DNA from: a virus
IMG/VR virus record: IMGVR_UViG_3300047200_000500
Coordinates: 32,001 to 96,000 of that record
DNA: 64,000 nt
Reading direction: 5' to 3' (one strand)
Shown here piece after piece: positions 48,130-58,169 of this stretch. The number at the start of each line of letters is the position of its first letter. Within the stretch, counting starts at the first letter, position 1. Below the pieces are notes generated by a model. It saw only the letters and a list, made by a program, of their open reading frames with translations. It made no database searches and was not told where the DNA came from. The translations under genes were made by a program, and so were the position numbers.

Positions 48130-48605
48130 TGAAAACTTTAAATCAAAACGGACTTAAAAAATTGGTTGAATATGTTAATGCTGAATATGATAAAAAATTT
48201 ATAATTAATAATGGATACCTTGAATTAGATGATAAATCTGAAATTATTATTGAAGATCTAAAAAAACATAATATATTATTAAAAGAATTTTCTCATGAAA
48301 AAGATTTAAAGAGATATGATGTTATAATAGAAGATACTCCTGTATCTTCAGTTCCAGAATTGGCATCAAATAAAACCAATATCGATAACAGTGGTAAAGA
48401 TTATAAAGATGAAAAAGATATGAAAGAAATGGTAAAACAAATATTACCATATTTATCTCAATATTTTCCAACTAAAGAAGAAATTAATGATGCTTTAAAT
48501 GATTTACGTGGTCAATTGGTTGATCCAATTGAATTAACTAATTTGTTTAAAGATATATCATTAAAAGTAAAGAAAGATCAAAGTAAGTTATCTAAGATAA
48601 AATGA
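48129..48605 (+). CDS. hypothetical protein
   Basis: 158-aa ORF with several (I/L)xE motifs. Confidence 0.6.
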   Translation: MKTLNQNGLKKLVEYVNAEYDKKFIINNGYLELDDKSEIIIEDLKKHNILLKEFSHEKDLKRYDVIIEDTPVSSVPELASNKTNIDNSGKDYKDEKDMKEMVKQILPYLSQYFPTKEEINDALNDLRGQLVDPIELTNLFKDISLKVKKDQSKLSKIK

Positions 48606-48865
48606 AATTAGATAGTTTAAATAAAAATAATATTAGTCTTGGGTTGAAAAAGACTAATCCATCATTTAGTGTTCCTATGTCTAATAGTTTAGTAATTAAT
48701 AATAAGATGAAGCAGGATGAAAAAGAAAATGAAAAAAGTAATGTCTCTACTGTTGATCAAGCATTAAGAACTAAAAAAATAATTGATACCCAAACGATAA
48801 GTGATCCAAACAGAAATATTCCAGATATTAGAAGACCACCTAATATTAATAACATACCAGCATAA
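48602..48865 (+). CDS. hypothetical protein
   Basis: 87-aa coupled ORF. Confidence 0.5.
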   Translation: MKLDSLNKNNISLGLKKTNPSFSVPMSNSLVINNKMKQDEKENEKSNVSTVDQALRTKKIIDTQTISDPNRNIPDIRRPPNINNIPA

Positions 48866-48905
48866 CACCTTATCAAATCTAAATAAAGCATCAGGAGATA
48901 TTAAG

Positions 48906-50840
48906 ATGGAACTCATTGATCGTCTCAAAATAATACTTGAAGCACCAGGAGATAATGAAGATATTGATGATGTTATTGATTCAGAGCCAGAAGTTGATGA
49001 AGGCGATACTGATGTCAAAGTTGATGATAATGCCGAGGCTGCAGCTGATGAGGAAAAATCTGAAGTTGAACAATTAATTGATAAAGAAAAAGGCGTAATT
49101 GATTGGACTGGCATACCTAATCCAATGCCGGGTAAAACTCTTTCTGACTTAAAGGGATCTAAGGTTAAAGGCATACCTGCTGTTAAATTGCCATTGGAAA
49201 ATGGTTGGACCAAAGAAGAAGTTATATCAGCACTCAAACCAACTATAATTTATTTTGCTAAGAAATATTCAACTCCAACATTTAATGTTGAGGAAGCTAT
49301 TGCTGAACAGATGACCGGAGTACTTGAAGCTCTTAAAAATGATAAAGGAATTGCACCATTTACTTCACATGTATACCGTTATCTTTCAACATCCGCTCAA
49401 AGAGGTGCTGGTAAGGCTTCTAATATTTCTGGTGTCCCACAAACTAAAGGCGGTAAGTATGATCACTTAGCCGCTTCTAGAGCAGCGGTTAGTGCTGATG
49501 CTCCAATGCCTGGAGATGCCGAAGAAACTTATTCTAGTCAGATCTCTAGCCATTATGATCAAGCTGGTGAATTGGCTAGTAAACAGAGAACAATGACTAA
49601 ATTGATTTCCCATTTATTAAATGCCCCTTCTGTTGGTCTTTCAGAAAAAGAGAAACTTGTTTTAATGGCAACTTATGGTATAGGACAAGATGGTAAAATT
49701 GGCGAACCGAAGACTAGTAAAGAAATAGCTGATGCTTTAGGCGGAGTTTCTGTTGTAAGAATTAGTCAAATTAGAACTGGTGCACTCGCTAAAATTCAAG
49801 AATATGTCCAAGCTCGCAAGTTTAAAGATGAAGGCCAAGCAGCACAATCTCTTGGCATTGAAGAATCTAAACTTATTGCTATTGCTGAAGCTTTTGCAAG
49901 AATTATAAAAGAGACGATTCAACTTGAATATGAAATGTATTCCGAAAGACAAATAATTGAAATGAAGACAGATTATCGTGGAAGAAGCGAATCTGTTAAA
50001 ATTCATGTTAATTCTGATACATATGAAGTTGAAAATGCATTAAATGAAGAGAATGAAAGTATACTTGGACATGTAACTGATGAAATATTAAATGAAGCAG
50101 TTGATCTGGCAAGAGCTAAAACTTCAGGTCAATATTTTGCCGAAATGGTCAACAATGTTATAAGTATGCAGGCACAACCAGTTCTTGCCACTATAAATAA
50201 TACTATTTCTAAAGGTGAAATTCCATTCATTTATGTTAATAAGCCAGGAGTAGAAAGGGCAATGGGTGCCGCTGAGAAAGCAGTATTTGGCAAAAGATTT
50301 AATGGGAAATATTATGGTGGTGGGGCATCAAGGATAAATGCTTGGTATTATCAAAATGATGCTGCTGAACAAGTCAATAAAATGCATGAAATAATGGCAA
50401 ATAAAGGATTTGCAGAGTTCAAGGCCGATAGTTCTGGTAAGACAATGAGTGAAGATATCAACCAGGAAACTTTAAAGCCTGGATCATATTCAACTGAAGT
50501 AAGAGTGCCATATTTGGATGGTAGTGGTAGTACCACATATAATGTTGTTTTTGATATATATGGTCAATTTTTAGAAGAACTTGATATAAAAGCAATAGAT
50601 GATGTTGATACTGGTGAAATGAATATCGATCTTGTTACTGTTAATTTAGATGAAATAGAAAAGAAAGTAAATGAGAAAATAAAGTCTCGTGAAATTAGAT
50701 CTATGTCATATGATAAAGATAGACTTAAGCAACTTCAAGATATGGTTGCAAACGATGAAGAACACCAAGCAAAAATTCATAAATTCGAAAATCAATTTGC
50801 TGATTTACAACCACCAGATAAAGAAGATGGGAAAAGCTGA
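48906..50840 (+). CDS. protein containing a sigma70-like core (regions 2 and 4) with long N- and C-terminal extensions
   Basis: AGGAGA RBS before ATG 48906; region 2-like LKPTIIYFAKKY...VEEAIAE...GVLEAL...FTSHVYRY; region 4 LSEKEKLVL..TYGI...TSKEIADALG.VS.VRISQIRTGALAKI. Confidence 0.75.
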   Translation: MELIDRLKIILEAPGDNEDIDDVIDSEPEVDEGDTDVKVDDNAEAAADEEKSEVEQLIDKEKGVIDWTGIPNPMPGKTLSDLKGSKVKGIPAVKLPLENGWTKEEVISALKPTIIYFAKKYSTPTFNVEEAIAEQMTGVLEALKNDKGIAPFTSHVYRYLSTSAQRGAGKASNISGVPQTKGGKYDHLAASRAAVSADAPMPGDAEETYSSQISSHYDQAGELASKQRTMTKLISHLLNAPSVGLSEKEKLVLMATYGIGQDGKIGEPKTSKEIADALGGVSVVRISQIRTGALAKIQEYVQARKFKDEGQAAQSLGIEESKLIAIAEAFARIIKETIQLEYEMYSERQIIEMKTDYRGRSESVKIHVNSDTYEVENALNEENESILGHVTDEILNEAVDLARAKTSGQYFAEMVNNVISMQAQPVLATINNTISKGEIPFIYVNKPGVERAMGAAEKAVFGKRFNGKYYGGGASRINAWYYQNDAAEQVNKMHEIMANKGFAEFKADSSGKTMSEDINQETLKPGSYSTEVRVPYLDGSGSTTYNVVFDIYGQFLEELDIKAIDDVDTGEMNIDLVTVNLDEIEKKVNEKIKSREIRSMSYDKDRLKQLQDMVANDEEHQAKIHKFENQFADLQPPDKEDGKS

Positions 50841-50941
50841 AAAAGGATGTTAACGGTAAAGTGACTGATGAAGATGGCAAAGGATATGTAAAGGATGAAA
50901 ATTCTTCACATTATAAATTAAAAGTGATGTATTTAATTTAA

Positions 50942-52912
50942 GTGTTAATAACTTTATTAGATAATCATAAAATCCAGTTGTCTCAAGTATTTCCTCAACA
51001 AGAGGAAGTATTTGTAAAGCATTTTAGTGTTCGTGATCCTAAGGCTATATATTCAAGATCTGCCATTAGAGGAGGTGGGGGTTGGGATGGTGTGTGGCGT
51101 AAGTATAATAAAAATAATCAAACTTTAAGACGGCCATTTTTAGCTGAATTGGTACAACTGTGTAAAGAAAACAATTTTCCATATGAAATAATTGATAGCA
51201 GAGAAAAATCAAAATATCCAAGACCATCGGTTGGATCATTTGATAACGCTTTAATTGATGGTATTGAATTACGAGAAAATCAAATTGATGCATTAAATGC
51301 TGTTTCAATGTCTGGTGATGTCGAAAAAGATTTAATTTCTGAGACAGGAATGATTCATCACGCTACAGGGTCAGGCAAAACTGAAAGCTTAGCTGGGATT
51401 ATTAAATTATTCAGATGTCCAACAGTAATCATAACTGAACAAGTAGTAGTGTTGGATCAAATAATGAAAAGAATAATTCTTAGAAATGTTGTCCATAACA
51501 ATGATATTGGCCTTTTTACATCTGGGTTTACACCAGATAATAATTTGGTAATTGTTGGATCAATACAGGCATTACAAACCCCTGTAAAACCAAAATGGGC
51601 TGAATTTAATATTAGATTATCAACTATAGAAAGTGATTTCAAGAAATTAATGTTATCTGATTATGAAAAAGCTGTTGATTCTATTGGCAAGGCTAATGCT
51701 AATCATTGGTTTAAATCAATAATGATTGATAAGTTTAAAACTAAATTTATTAAAGATAATCTAATCTTTAAAAATTATGTTGATTGGACTAAGGAAAGTG
51801 ATTGGAATGATATTACATTTGTTGATGTAGTGTTAAATAACAAGGAATTATTAAATTTATTGGATAAAAATGAACGAGAATTGTTTAGTATTGATATATC
51901 TGTATTGAATAAAAATGAACGAGGACTGTTTAATGTTAATGCGTCTGGAGATTTCTCAAAATATGTTGAAAAAGCAATCCAAATATTTCAACCAATTGTA
52001 AAAACTAAATATTTTGATATAGCAATGAAAGGATATCATTCAAGGTTTGCAAAATCGGAATTAATACAGAGGTTGGTTAATAAATGTGAGATGTTAATGA
52101 TAGATGAGGCTGACAAAGGTTCGTCAAAATATTATGAACCATTATTCAATAATTGGTTTAATGGCAGATATATATATGGTTTTTCAGCAACACCTTATGA
52201 TAAGGATAAACCAGTTGAGAAATTGTTGTTGAGGGAACGATTTGGATCAATATTATCAATTGCTAATAGAAAGGACATGACAGAAATTGGTGCCATTCAA
52301 CCAATAAAATTCTACATGATTCAACATGGTAAAGAAGACCCATTAGATAAAACAGCGTTTGATATAGCTGAAAAACGAGAAATAATTGAAAATGAGGAAT
52401 TTCATAAAAAGATTATATCTATTATTAATTCGTTTCCAAATGAAAATTTTTTAATATTAGTTGACACTGCTGCGGTTGAGATATTGGGCGATATTTTAGA
52501 AAGTAAAATTCCTGGATCAGTGTTTATATCCGGCACTACAATTCGTTCTAAAAGAAATATTGCATTAAAAAATTTTGAAGAAAAAAAACTTAGAATTTTG
52601 ATAGGATCAAAAATTGTGAAACGCGGCCTAGACCTCCAAGGAGGTGCCGATAATGTCATCATGTTAGGTGCTGGTAAAAAAGAATCCAACATTGACCAGA
52701 TTATCGGAAGAGCAGTTAGAAAAACGAAAAGAGGTTGGAGCAGGGTTTTTGCATTTTACATGACTGGCAATTATTATTTGTTAACGCATTCAAGAAGACA
52801 ACTTAAGTTCATGATTGGTTTGAAAGAGTATCCGATTACAGTAGTATATGGCGGAAAACAGGTCCCTGGTGATCATTTTGTTAAAAAGAGGTACAATATA
52901 AGGTTATGCTAA
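50942..52912 (+). CDS. uvsW: SF2 DNA helicase (UvsW-like) with large internal insertion
   Basis: LRENQ, ATGSGKT, MIDEAD, GFSATP, RGLDL, QIIGRAVR. Confidence 0.85.
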   Translation: MLITLLDNHKIQLSQVFPQQEEVFVKHFSVRDPKAIYSRSAIRGGGGWDGVWRKYNKNNQTLRRPFLAELVQLCKENNFPYEIIDSREKSKYPRPSVGSFDNALIDGIELRENQIDALNAVSMSGDVEKDLISETGMIHHATGSGKTESLAGIIKLFRCPTVIITEQVVVLDQIMKRIILRNVVHNNDIGLFTSGFTPDNNLVIVGSIQALQTPVKPKWAEFNIRLSTIESDFKKLMLSDYEKAVDSIGKANANHWFKSIMIDKFKTKFIKDNLIFKNYVDWTKESDWNDITFVDVVLNNKELLNLLDKNERELFSIDISVLNKNERGLFNVNASGDFSKYVEKAIQIFQPIVKTKYFDIAMKGYHSRFAKSELIQRLVNKCEMLMIDEADKGSSKYYEPLFNNWFNGRYIYGFSATPYDKDKPVEKLLLRERFGSILSIANRKDMTEIGAIQPIKFYMIQHGKEDPLDKTAFDIAEKREIIENEEFHKKIISIINSFPNENFLILVDTAAVEILGDILESKIPGSVFISGTTIRSKRNIALKNFEEKKLRILIGSKIVKRGLDLQGGADNVIMLGAGKKESNIDQIIGRAVRKTKRGWSRVFAFYMTGNYYLLTHSRRQLKFMIGLKEYPITVVYGGKQVPGDHFVKKRYNIRLC

Positions 52913-52943
52913 TATTGACATGATTTAATAAGTAAATAATTTT

Positions 52944-55019
52944 ATGACGAATTCGGTGAAAAAAGCTAAGGAAATCATTCCTACGCTTTCAGAAAAATCT
53001 TTACCATCTCTAGCGTTAGAACCTAAGATTAAGCCTAAGAACCATTATTTTGATAATGATTTGGTTCAAGAAATTTTAAAAAGATATGTTGCTCGTGGGT
53101 GCGTTGACATAGAATTACGTGATGAAATAATGCACCATGCTGAAGAATTGATAAGACAAGTAATCAGAGCGCATAATTTTGAACATATTTTTCCAAATAG
53201 AGACAGTTCATCAGCATTAGAATTATTCCAAGTGGCCTATTGTGTATCGTTAGATACCATGTTATTCACTGACAATGGGATAATGAAAATAAATGATATA
53301 ATTAATAACAGTTTTAATAGACAAATACTTTGTAATGGATTAATTGGAGAAATTGATATCATGGTAAATGGAATTAATGGATTATCAAAAGCTAATAAAT
53401 ATTGCTTAAGAAATAATATTAAAACAAAAAAGATTAAAATTAAATATGATTATGAATTGGAATGTACTAATGATCATCCAATTTTAGTTTTAAAACCTGA
53501 TGGGCATAAATGGATAAATGCTGGTGATCTTAAGAAAAATGATTATGTTGGTTTACAATATAATCAAAATATTTGGATTAATAATAATAAAATAGATTTT
53601 AAACCATTAACTAAAGGTGGTACCACTTACATGTGGAATCCACCTTCAGAATGGACTGAAGAATTAGCATATATAGTAGGATTAGTAGTCTCAGAAGGAT
53701 CAGTTGAGGATTATAGAATTGTAATTTATAATGGAGAAGTAAATGAAATATTACAAAATAATAATTGCGGGCTAATTATTAAATATGATGGTAATCTTAC
53801 TAATGCGATAGGATGTATAAGGTTTGCAGAATTTATAAAATGGTTAGGGATTAGCAATAGTGCATTAACAAAAAAAATTCCAGAGCAAATTTTGAAATGT
53901 TCTAAGAATATTATATCATCATTTTTGTCAGGAATGTTTGATGGTGACGGTCATTCTAATAAAAGCAATGGAAGAGTTGGATATACATCATCTTCAAAAA
54001 TTTTAATTGAACAATTAAGAATGTTGATGTTAAACTATGGAATAGTAACCCAAAAAAGTGCAGATAATAGGAAATTCAGTTTGTTTAGAAATAAAAAATG
54101 TGACAAGCATACATCATGGCAAGTATTATTTCCAACAATTGATTCAATGATATTTTATAATGAAATAGGATTTAAAATAAAACGAAAGCAAAATAATAAA
54201 GTGAAATTGTCAGATATTCCATTTAGATATTTATATGGTCACTATAAACAACATACTGGAAATATTCTTAAATATATTAAAAAATTAGATCGTAAATGTT
54301 TAAAACCAAGAGATATAATTACACCTAAAATATTATCAAGATTGTTATTGGTTAAATCAGCTATTAATACTGAATCTTATAAATATTTATCTGAAAGATT
54401 ATCTGAATGTTCTGGTAATAATAAGATAATATGGTTGCCAGTCAAGGAAATAAATGACAGCATATCAGATGTCATTGATATTACAGTTCCACTTGAAAAC
54501 AATTTTGTAGCCAATGGTATAATAACCCATAATTGCCAGATCGAGAAAGTTTTATATAAATATGATCCACAACCAGGATCACCAAAATTATTCAATTTAT
54601 GGAGCCAGGTAAGCAAGACGCGAATTTTGGCATACTTGAAAAAAGAGAAAAGAGACAAAAAGAATGTCGTGAGTTATAAAGATTTCTTAAACAGAAAACA
54701 GAAAATCAAATTAAAAAATTCAACAGATATTGATTTGTGGTTAAAAGAAGCAAGGGAGATGTTAGAATATAATGAAGATTTTTTAAAGATAGTAGATGCA
54801 ATAGAAAAAATTTGGTATGATGATGAAAAATCTCATGATGGACTAATATCAAAAATTGAAAAGACTAGTGGAAAGAACAGGAATATAATAAGCCATTTTT
54901 TCAAAACAATAAGGATAAGAAGAGATGAGTTTACGGTTAATTTACTTGAAGTTAAAGACCCTAAAGATCCTGATGCTAGTGATGTAGAAGATTTCTTTTA
55001 TATTGACCATGATCAATAA
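52944..55019 (+). CDS. late-transcription sigma factor (gp55-like) interrupted by an intein
   Basis: Exteins: KNHYFDN...ELFQVAY|CQIEKVLYKYDP..GS.KLFN.WSQV.K.RIL.YLKKEKR, resembling the gp55 pattern (HY.NN...FDP...F..FTQI...I.KEK); 260 aa after splicing. Confidence 0.75.
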   Translation: MTNSVKKAKEIIPTLSEKSLPSLALEPKIKPKNHYFDNDLVQEILKRYVARGCVDIELRDEIMHHAEELIRQVIRAHNFEHIFPNRDSSSALELFQVAYCVSLDTMLFTDNGIMKINDIINNSFNRQILCNGLIGEIDIMVNGINGLSKANKYCLRNNIKTKKIKIKYDYELECTNDHPILVLKPDGHKWINAGDLKKNDYVGLQYNQNIWINNNKIDFKPLTKGGTTYMWNPPSEWTEELAYIVGLVVSEGSVEDYRIVIYNGEVNEILQNNNCGLIIKYDGNLTNAIGCIRFAEFIKWLGISNSALTKKIPEQILKCSKNIISSFLSGMFDGDGHSNKSNGRVGYTSSSKILIEQLRMLMLNYGIVTQKSADNRKFSLFRNKKCDKHTSWQVLFPTIDSMIFYNEIGFKIKRKQNNKVKLSDIPFRYLYGHYKQHTGNILKYIKKLDRKCLKPRDIITPKILSRLLLVKSAINTESYKYLSERLSECSGNNKIIWLPVKEINDSISDVIDITVPLENNFVANGIITHNCQIEKVLYKYDPQPGSPKLFNLWSQVSKTRILAYLKKEKRDKKNVVSYKDFLNRKQKIKLKNSTDIDLWLKEAREMLEYNEDFLKIVDAIEKIWYDDEKSHDGLISKIEKTSGKNRNIISHFFKTIRIRRDEFTVNLLEVKDPKDPDASDVEDFFYIDHDQ
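53241..54533 (+). mobile_element. intein with LAGLIDADG homing endonuclease (431 aa)
   Basis: N-terminal CVSLDT, block B LECTNDHPIL, YIVGLVVSEGS and FLSGMFDGDGH, block F/G VIDITVP..NNFVANGIITHN followed by +1 Cys. Confidence 0.95.
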
Positions 55020-55029
55020 AATATAAATT

Positions 55030-55611
55030 ATGGCTATTCCTAAGTCAGTTCGTGAAAGGATTCATCGTAAGGTTAGGGGTAAAAAAGTAACTCCTGATAG
55101 CGTTAATATAGCAGGAAGAATAGCGGTCAAAAAAACTGCCGATAATGATCCTAATATCAGTGACATAGATGAAAAGAAATTTGCCGAAGATATAGTTAAA
55201 TTTTACAGGGGTGGTGAACCAATGATTGATGAGGATGTAATAGGATTTATTGATATATTAATTGATGAATCTATAAAAATGGAAGGTAAGCATCCTTTAA
55301 AGGTGGAACGTTTAAATGAAATGAAAGAAATAGTTAAGAGTAAATTAATTGAATCAACCGATAAATCTGAAATTGAACTGAATTTTAAAATAACCACAAA
55401 AGATAAATCTACTGCTCAAGGATTAAAAGACCTTATTCACACTCTTTCTGGCTTAGGCGGAGCAGGATGTAGCAGAGAAGTAAAATTATATTTTGACGGT
55501 GATGGACATAATAGATTTAAGATAGATGAATTTTCAACAATTGGTGCCGAATTGTCAGATAACAAATGTGATATGGATAAAGATATAATTAATATTGGAT
55601 CATTCGATTAG
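55030..55611 (+). CDS. hypothetical protein
   Basis: 193 aa; C-terminal GCSRE.KLYFDGDG. Confidence 0.6.
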   Translation: MAIPKSVRERIHRKVRGKKVTPDSVNIAGRIAVKKTADNDPNISDIDEKKFAEDIVKFYRGGEPMIDEDVIGFIDILIDESIKMEGKHPLKVERLNEMKEIVKSKLIESTDKSEIELNFKITTKDKSTAQGLKDLIHTLSGLGGAGCSREVKLYFDGDGHNRFKIDEFSTIGAELSDNKCDMDKDIINIGSFD

Positions 55612-55621
55612 TAAATAATAT

Positions 55622-56212
55622 ATGACTGAAGAACTATCAGAACAGCCACTAGATCCAGACTTGCAATCATTGATGAATGAACTTGGCAAAGTTGAAGGTG
55701 AAATACCAAAGCCTGATATATCCAAATTAGAAGATATCAAGGTTGATGTAAAACAAGAAGAAAAAATTGATGTAAAACCAGAAGATAAACTTGTAGAATT
55801 AAAATCTGAAATAATAAAAGATGCTGAAATTAATGAGATGAGTGAATTTGAACTTAAAAAGGCAAGGATTCAAGAAAGATTGATTGGTTTAATTGATACT
55901 CATTGTGATAGTGCTACAAGAATTATAGAAGATGTAGAATCTGATAGAACTAAATGTGATGATGTATACAGCATATTATTTGCAAAATTGCAAAATAATG
56001 ATTATAGAGCATCTGATGCTGCGGCTATTACTACTGTCCTGCAAGTTAAGGCTGATATAACTAAAACTAGAGCAAATATGATGGATTCTGTAGCTAAATT
56101 ACTTGGATCACTTAAAAATAATAATACAATTAACACAGGTGATTCAAATTCTGATGGATTATCACAAGAAGAAGTTAATAGATTATTAGATAGGCCAAGT
56201 GGTACTAAGTGA
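55622..56212 (+). CDS. putative terminase small subunit
   Basis: Helical, acidic N-terminus, overlaps the TerL start; call is mostly positional. Confidence 0.45.
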   Translation: MTEELSEQPLDPDLQSLMNELGKVEGEIPKPDISKLEDIKVDVKQEEKIDVKPEDKLVELKSEIIKDAEINEMSEFELKKARIQERLIGLIDTHCDSATRIIEDVESDRTKCDDVYSILFAKLQNNDYRASDAAAITTVLQVKADITKTRANMMDSVAKLLGSLKNNNTINTGDSNSDGLSQEEVNRLLDRPSGTK

Positions 56213-58128
56213 TCACAAAGGAACAGAAAAAGGAAATTTTAAAAAGATGTAAAGCATCTTTTGTTTATTTCTGTACTAATTTTTGTAAAATCAAGCATCC
56301 TAATGCTGGTATTATACCATTTAATTTGTTTGAATATCAAATTGATTCTGTTAAAGCGTTCCAAGAGGAAGATCGAGTTGTTTATTTGAAATGTCGTCAA
56401 AGTGGTATTTCTACATTAACTGGTGCATATGCTTTGTGGACTGCGATGTTTCATTCAAATAAAAAAGTTCTAGTTGTTAGTAAACGAGACGAAGATGCCA
56501 TAGCTTATTTAGACAGAAATATCAAGTTCGTTTATGAAAATCTTCCTGCAGAGATATTTCATTGTACATTTGGTGATCCTCGTTCTGGGATGAATAGAAA
56601 ATATGCACCTCCAAAATTATGGAATGAACATACTGTAGGATTCTTTCAAGGTTCTGAAATTAAATCATTAACTAGTTCTAAAGATACTCTTCGTTCTAAT
56701 ACCGCTTCATTAGTTATTATAGATGAGGCCGCGTTTATAGTTGAAATGGAAGCAATGTGGCTTGCTGGTCAGCCGACTTTAATGCATGGTGGTCGCGTAA
56801 TAGTTATCAGTACAACTAATGGACGTGGTGGATGGTATTATAATACTATTGAAGACGCTAAAGAGAATAAAAATCAATTTAAAGTAATTGAAATTCCATG
56901 GCACAAGATGAATTGGGTAATTGAATTCGTTGACGATATAACAAGACGTAAAGTTAGAATCGCACCGTGTGACAATATTGTAAAATGCACAACAGAAGAA
57001 GATAAAGCAAAATATGGTGAATTTAAGAGTCCATGGTTAGAACGCCAATACAGGGAACTTCAAGAAAAAGGTGAATCTTGGAAATTTAGGCAAGAAATAT
57101 TAATGGAATTTATTGGTGCTGGTAATACTGTATTAGACAAGGATTCAATTACTAGAGTGACAGAGGAAGCAGATTCTAGTTATAAAATGATTGATAAGCC
57201 GGTGGCCTATGTAAATCCTAACATTAATGAACGTTCTTACCTTGATTTCAATAAGTGTTTGTGGATTTGGAACATGCCGGTGAGAAGGAGATCGCCAATT
57301 GTTGATGCCACTAGCAGAATTATTAAACCTGGGGATGATGGACACAGATATGCAATAGGTGCTGACGTTTCGACAGGCGAATCAACTGACTATCATGGTG
57401 CTGAAATTATTGATGTAACTGAATCTGAACAAGTCGCAGAATTAAAGTTAAAATGCCCCATAGATGAATTTTCTAAGATGCTTGATTATCTTGGAAGATT
57501 TTACAATAATGCCCTTCTCATTGTTGAGCGTACTGGCATAGGTGAGGCAGTAATCCAAGATTTAAGGAATACTTTATTCTATCCTAATTTATTTTATAGA
57601 AGGTTGCCTAATGGTCATAAAGATAAGAGGGCTGGATTTCCAACAGGTTCAACCACTAAAGGATTTATAGTAAAAGCCATAACAGAAAATATTGGTGTTG
57701 GAGATAGGGGAATAAAGTTTAAATCGTCCAGATTAATAAGAGAATTAAATTGTTTTATTCACCTTGGTAATGGCAGGGTAGGAAATGAGCCAGGCGCTGG
57801 TAATAATGATGACTTGGTTATATCATCTGGCTTAGCGTGTATGGGAATTATTGAAGCAATGCAGACCCCATCTGGTCTGTTACCAATGAGTTCGCAAAGT
57901 GTTTCTGATGTTTATGATGAGAAATTAACTATGACAATGGATGATATAATTCAAAAAGGTGGACATAATCTAATGTTTCCAATTATGACTACTACTGAAA
58001 CTGATGATTTTAAAACTGTTGAACAGACATTGATGCAATTTGCCACTCAACTAGGTGGTATAACAATGGATATGGTTGATAAGAAAAAAGGAATGATACC
58101 TATTAAAGATAAAAAGAAATATTTTTAA
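56209..58128 (+). CDS. terL: terminase large subunit (gp17-like)
   Basis: F.LFEYQ, LKCRQSGIST, VIIDEAAF, ISTTNG, FRQE...EF, IGADVSTG...D, VERTGIG, DDLVIS. Confidence 0.95.
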   Translation: MITKEQKKEILKRCKASFVYFCTNFCKIKHPNAGIIPFNLFEYQIDSVKAFQEEDRVVYLKCRQSGISTLTGAYALWTAMFHSNKKVLVVSKRDEDAIAYLDRNIKFVYENLPAEIFHCTFGDPRSGMNRKYAPPKLWNEHTVGFFQGSEIKSLTSSKDTLRSNTASLVIIDEAAFIVEMEAMWLAGQPTLMHGGRVIVISTTNGRGGWYYNTIEDAKENKNQFKVIEIPWHKMNWVIEFVDDITRRKVRIAPCDNIVKCTTEEDKAKYGEFKSPWLERQYRELQEKGESWKFRQEILMEFIGAGNTVLDKDSITRVTEEADSSYKMIDKPVAYVNPNINERSYLDFNKCLWIWNMPVRRRSPIVDATSRIIKPGDDGHRYAIGADVSTGESTDYHGAEIIDVTESEQVAELKLKCPIDEFSKMLDYLGRFYNNALLIVERTGIGEAVIQDLRNTLFYPNLFYRRLPNGHKDKRAGFPTGSTTKGFIVKAITENIGVGDRGIKFKSSRLIRELNCFIHLGNGRVGNEPGAGNNDDLVISSGLACMGIIEAMQTPSGLLPMSSQSVSDVYDEKLTMTMDDIIQKGGHNLMFPIMTTTETDDFKTVEQTLMQFATQLGGITMDMVDKKKGMIPIKDKKKYF

Positions 58129-58169
58129 TATGAAAACTGTATTTGGTATTATCTAAGTAAATATAAATC

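Noticed and set aside
50822-50941. Protein-like -1 frame tail after the sigma70-like gene (EKLKKDVNGKVTDEDGKGYVKDEN...)
   Set aside because: Only ~39 codons with no canonical in-phase slippery heptamer; could be a 1-nt indel but cannot be supported without reads
51580-52055. Intein in UvsW
   Set aside because: No splicing motifs or LAGLIDADG blocks; kept as a non-intein insertion
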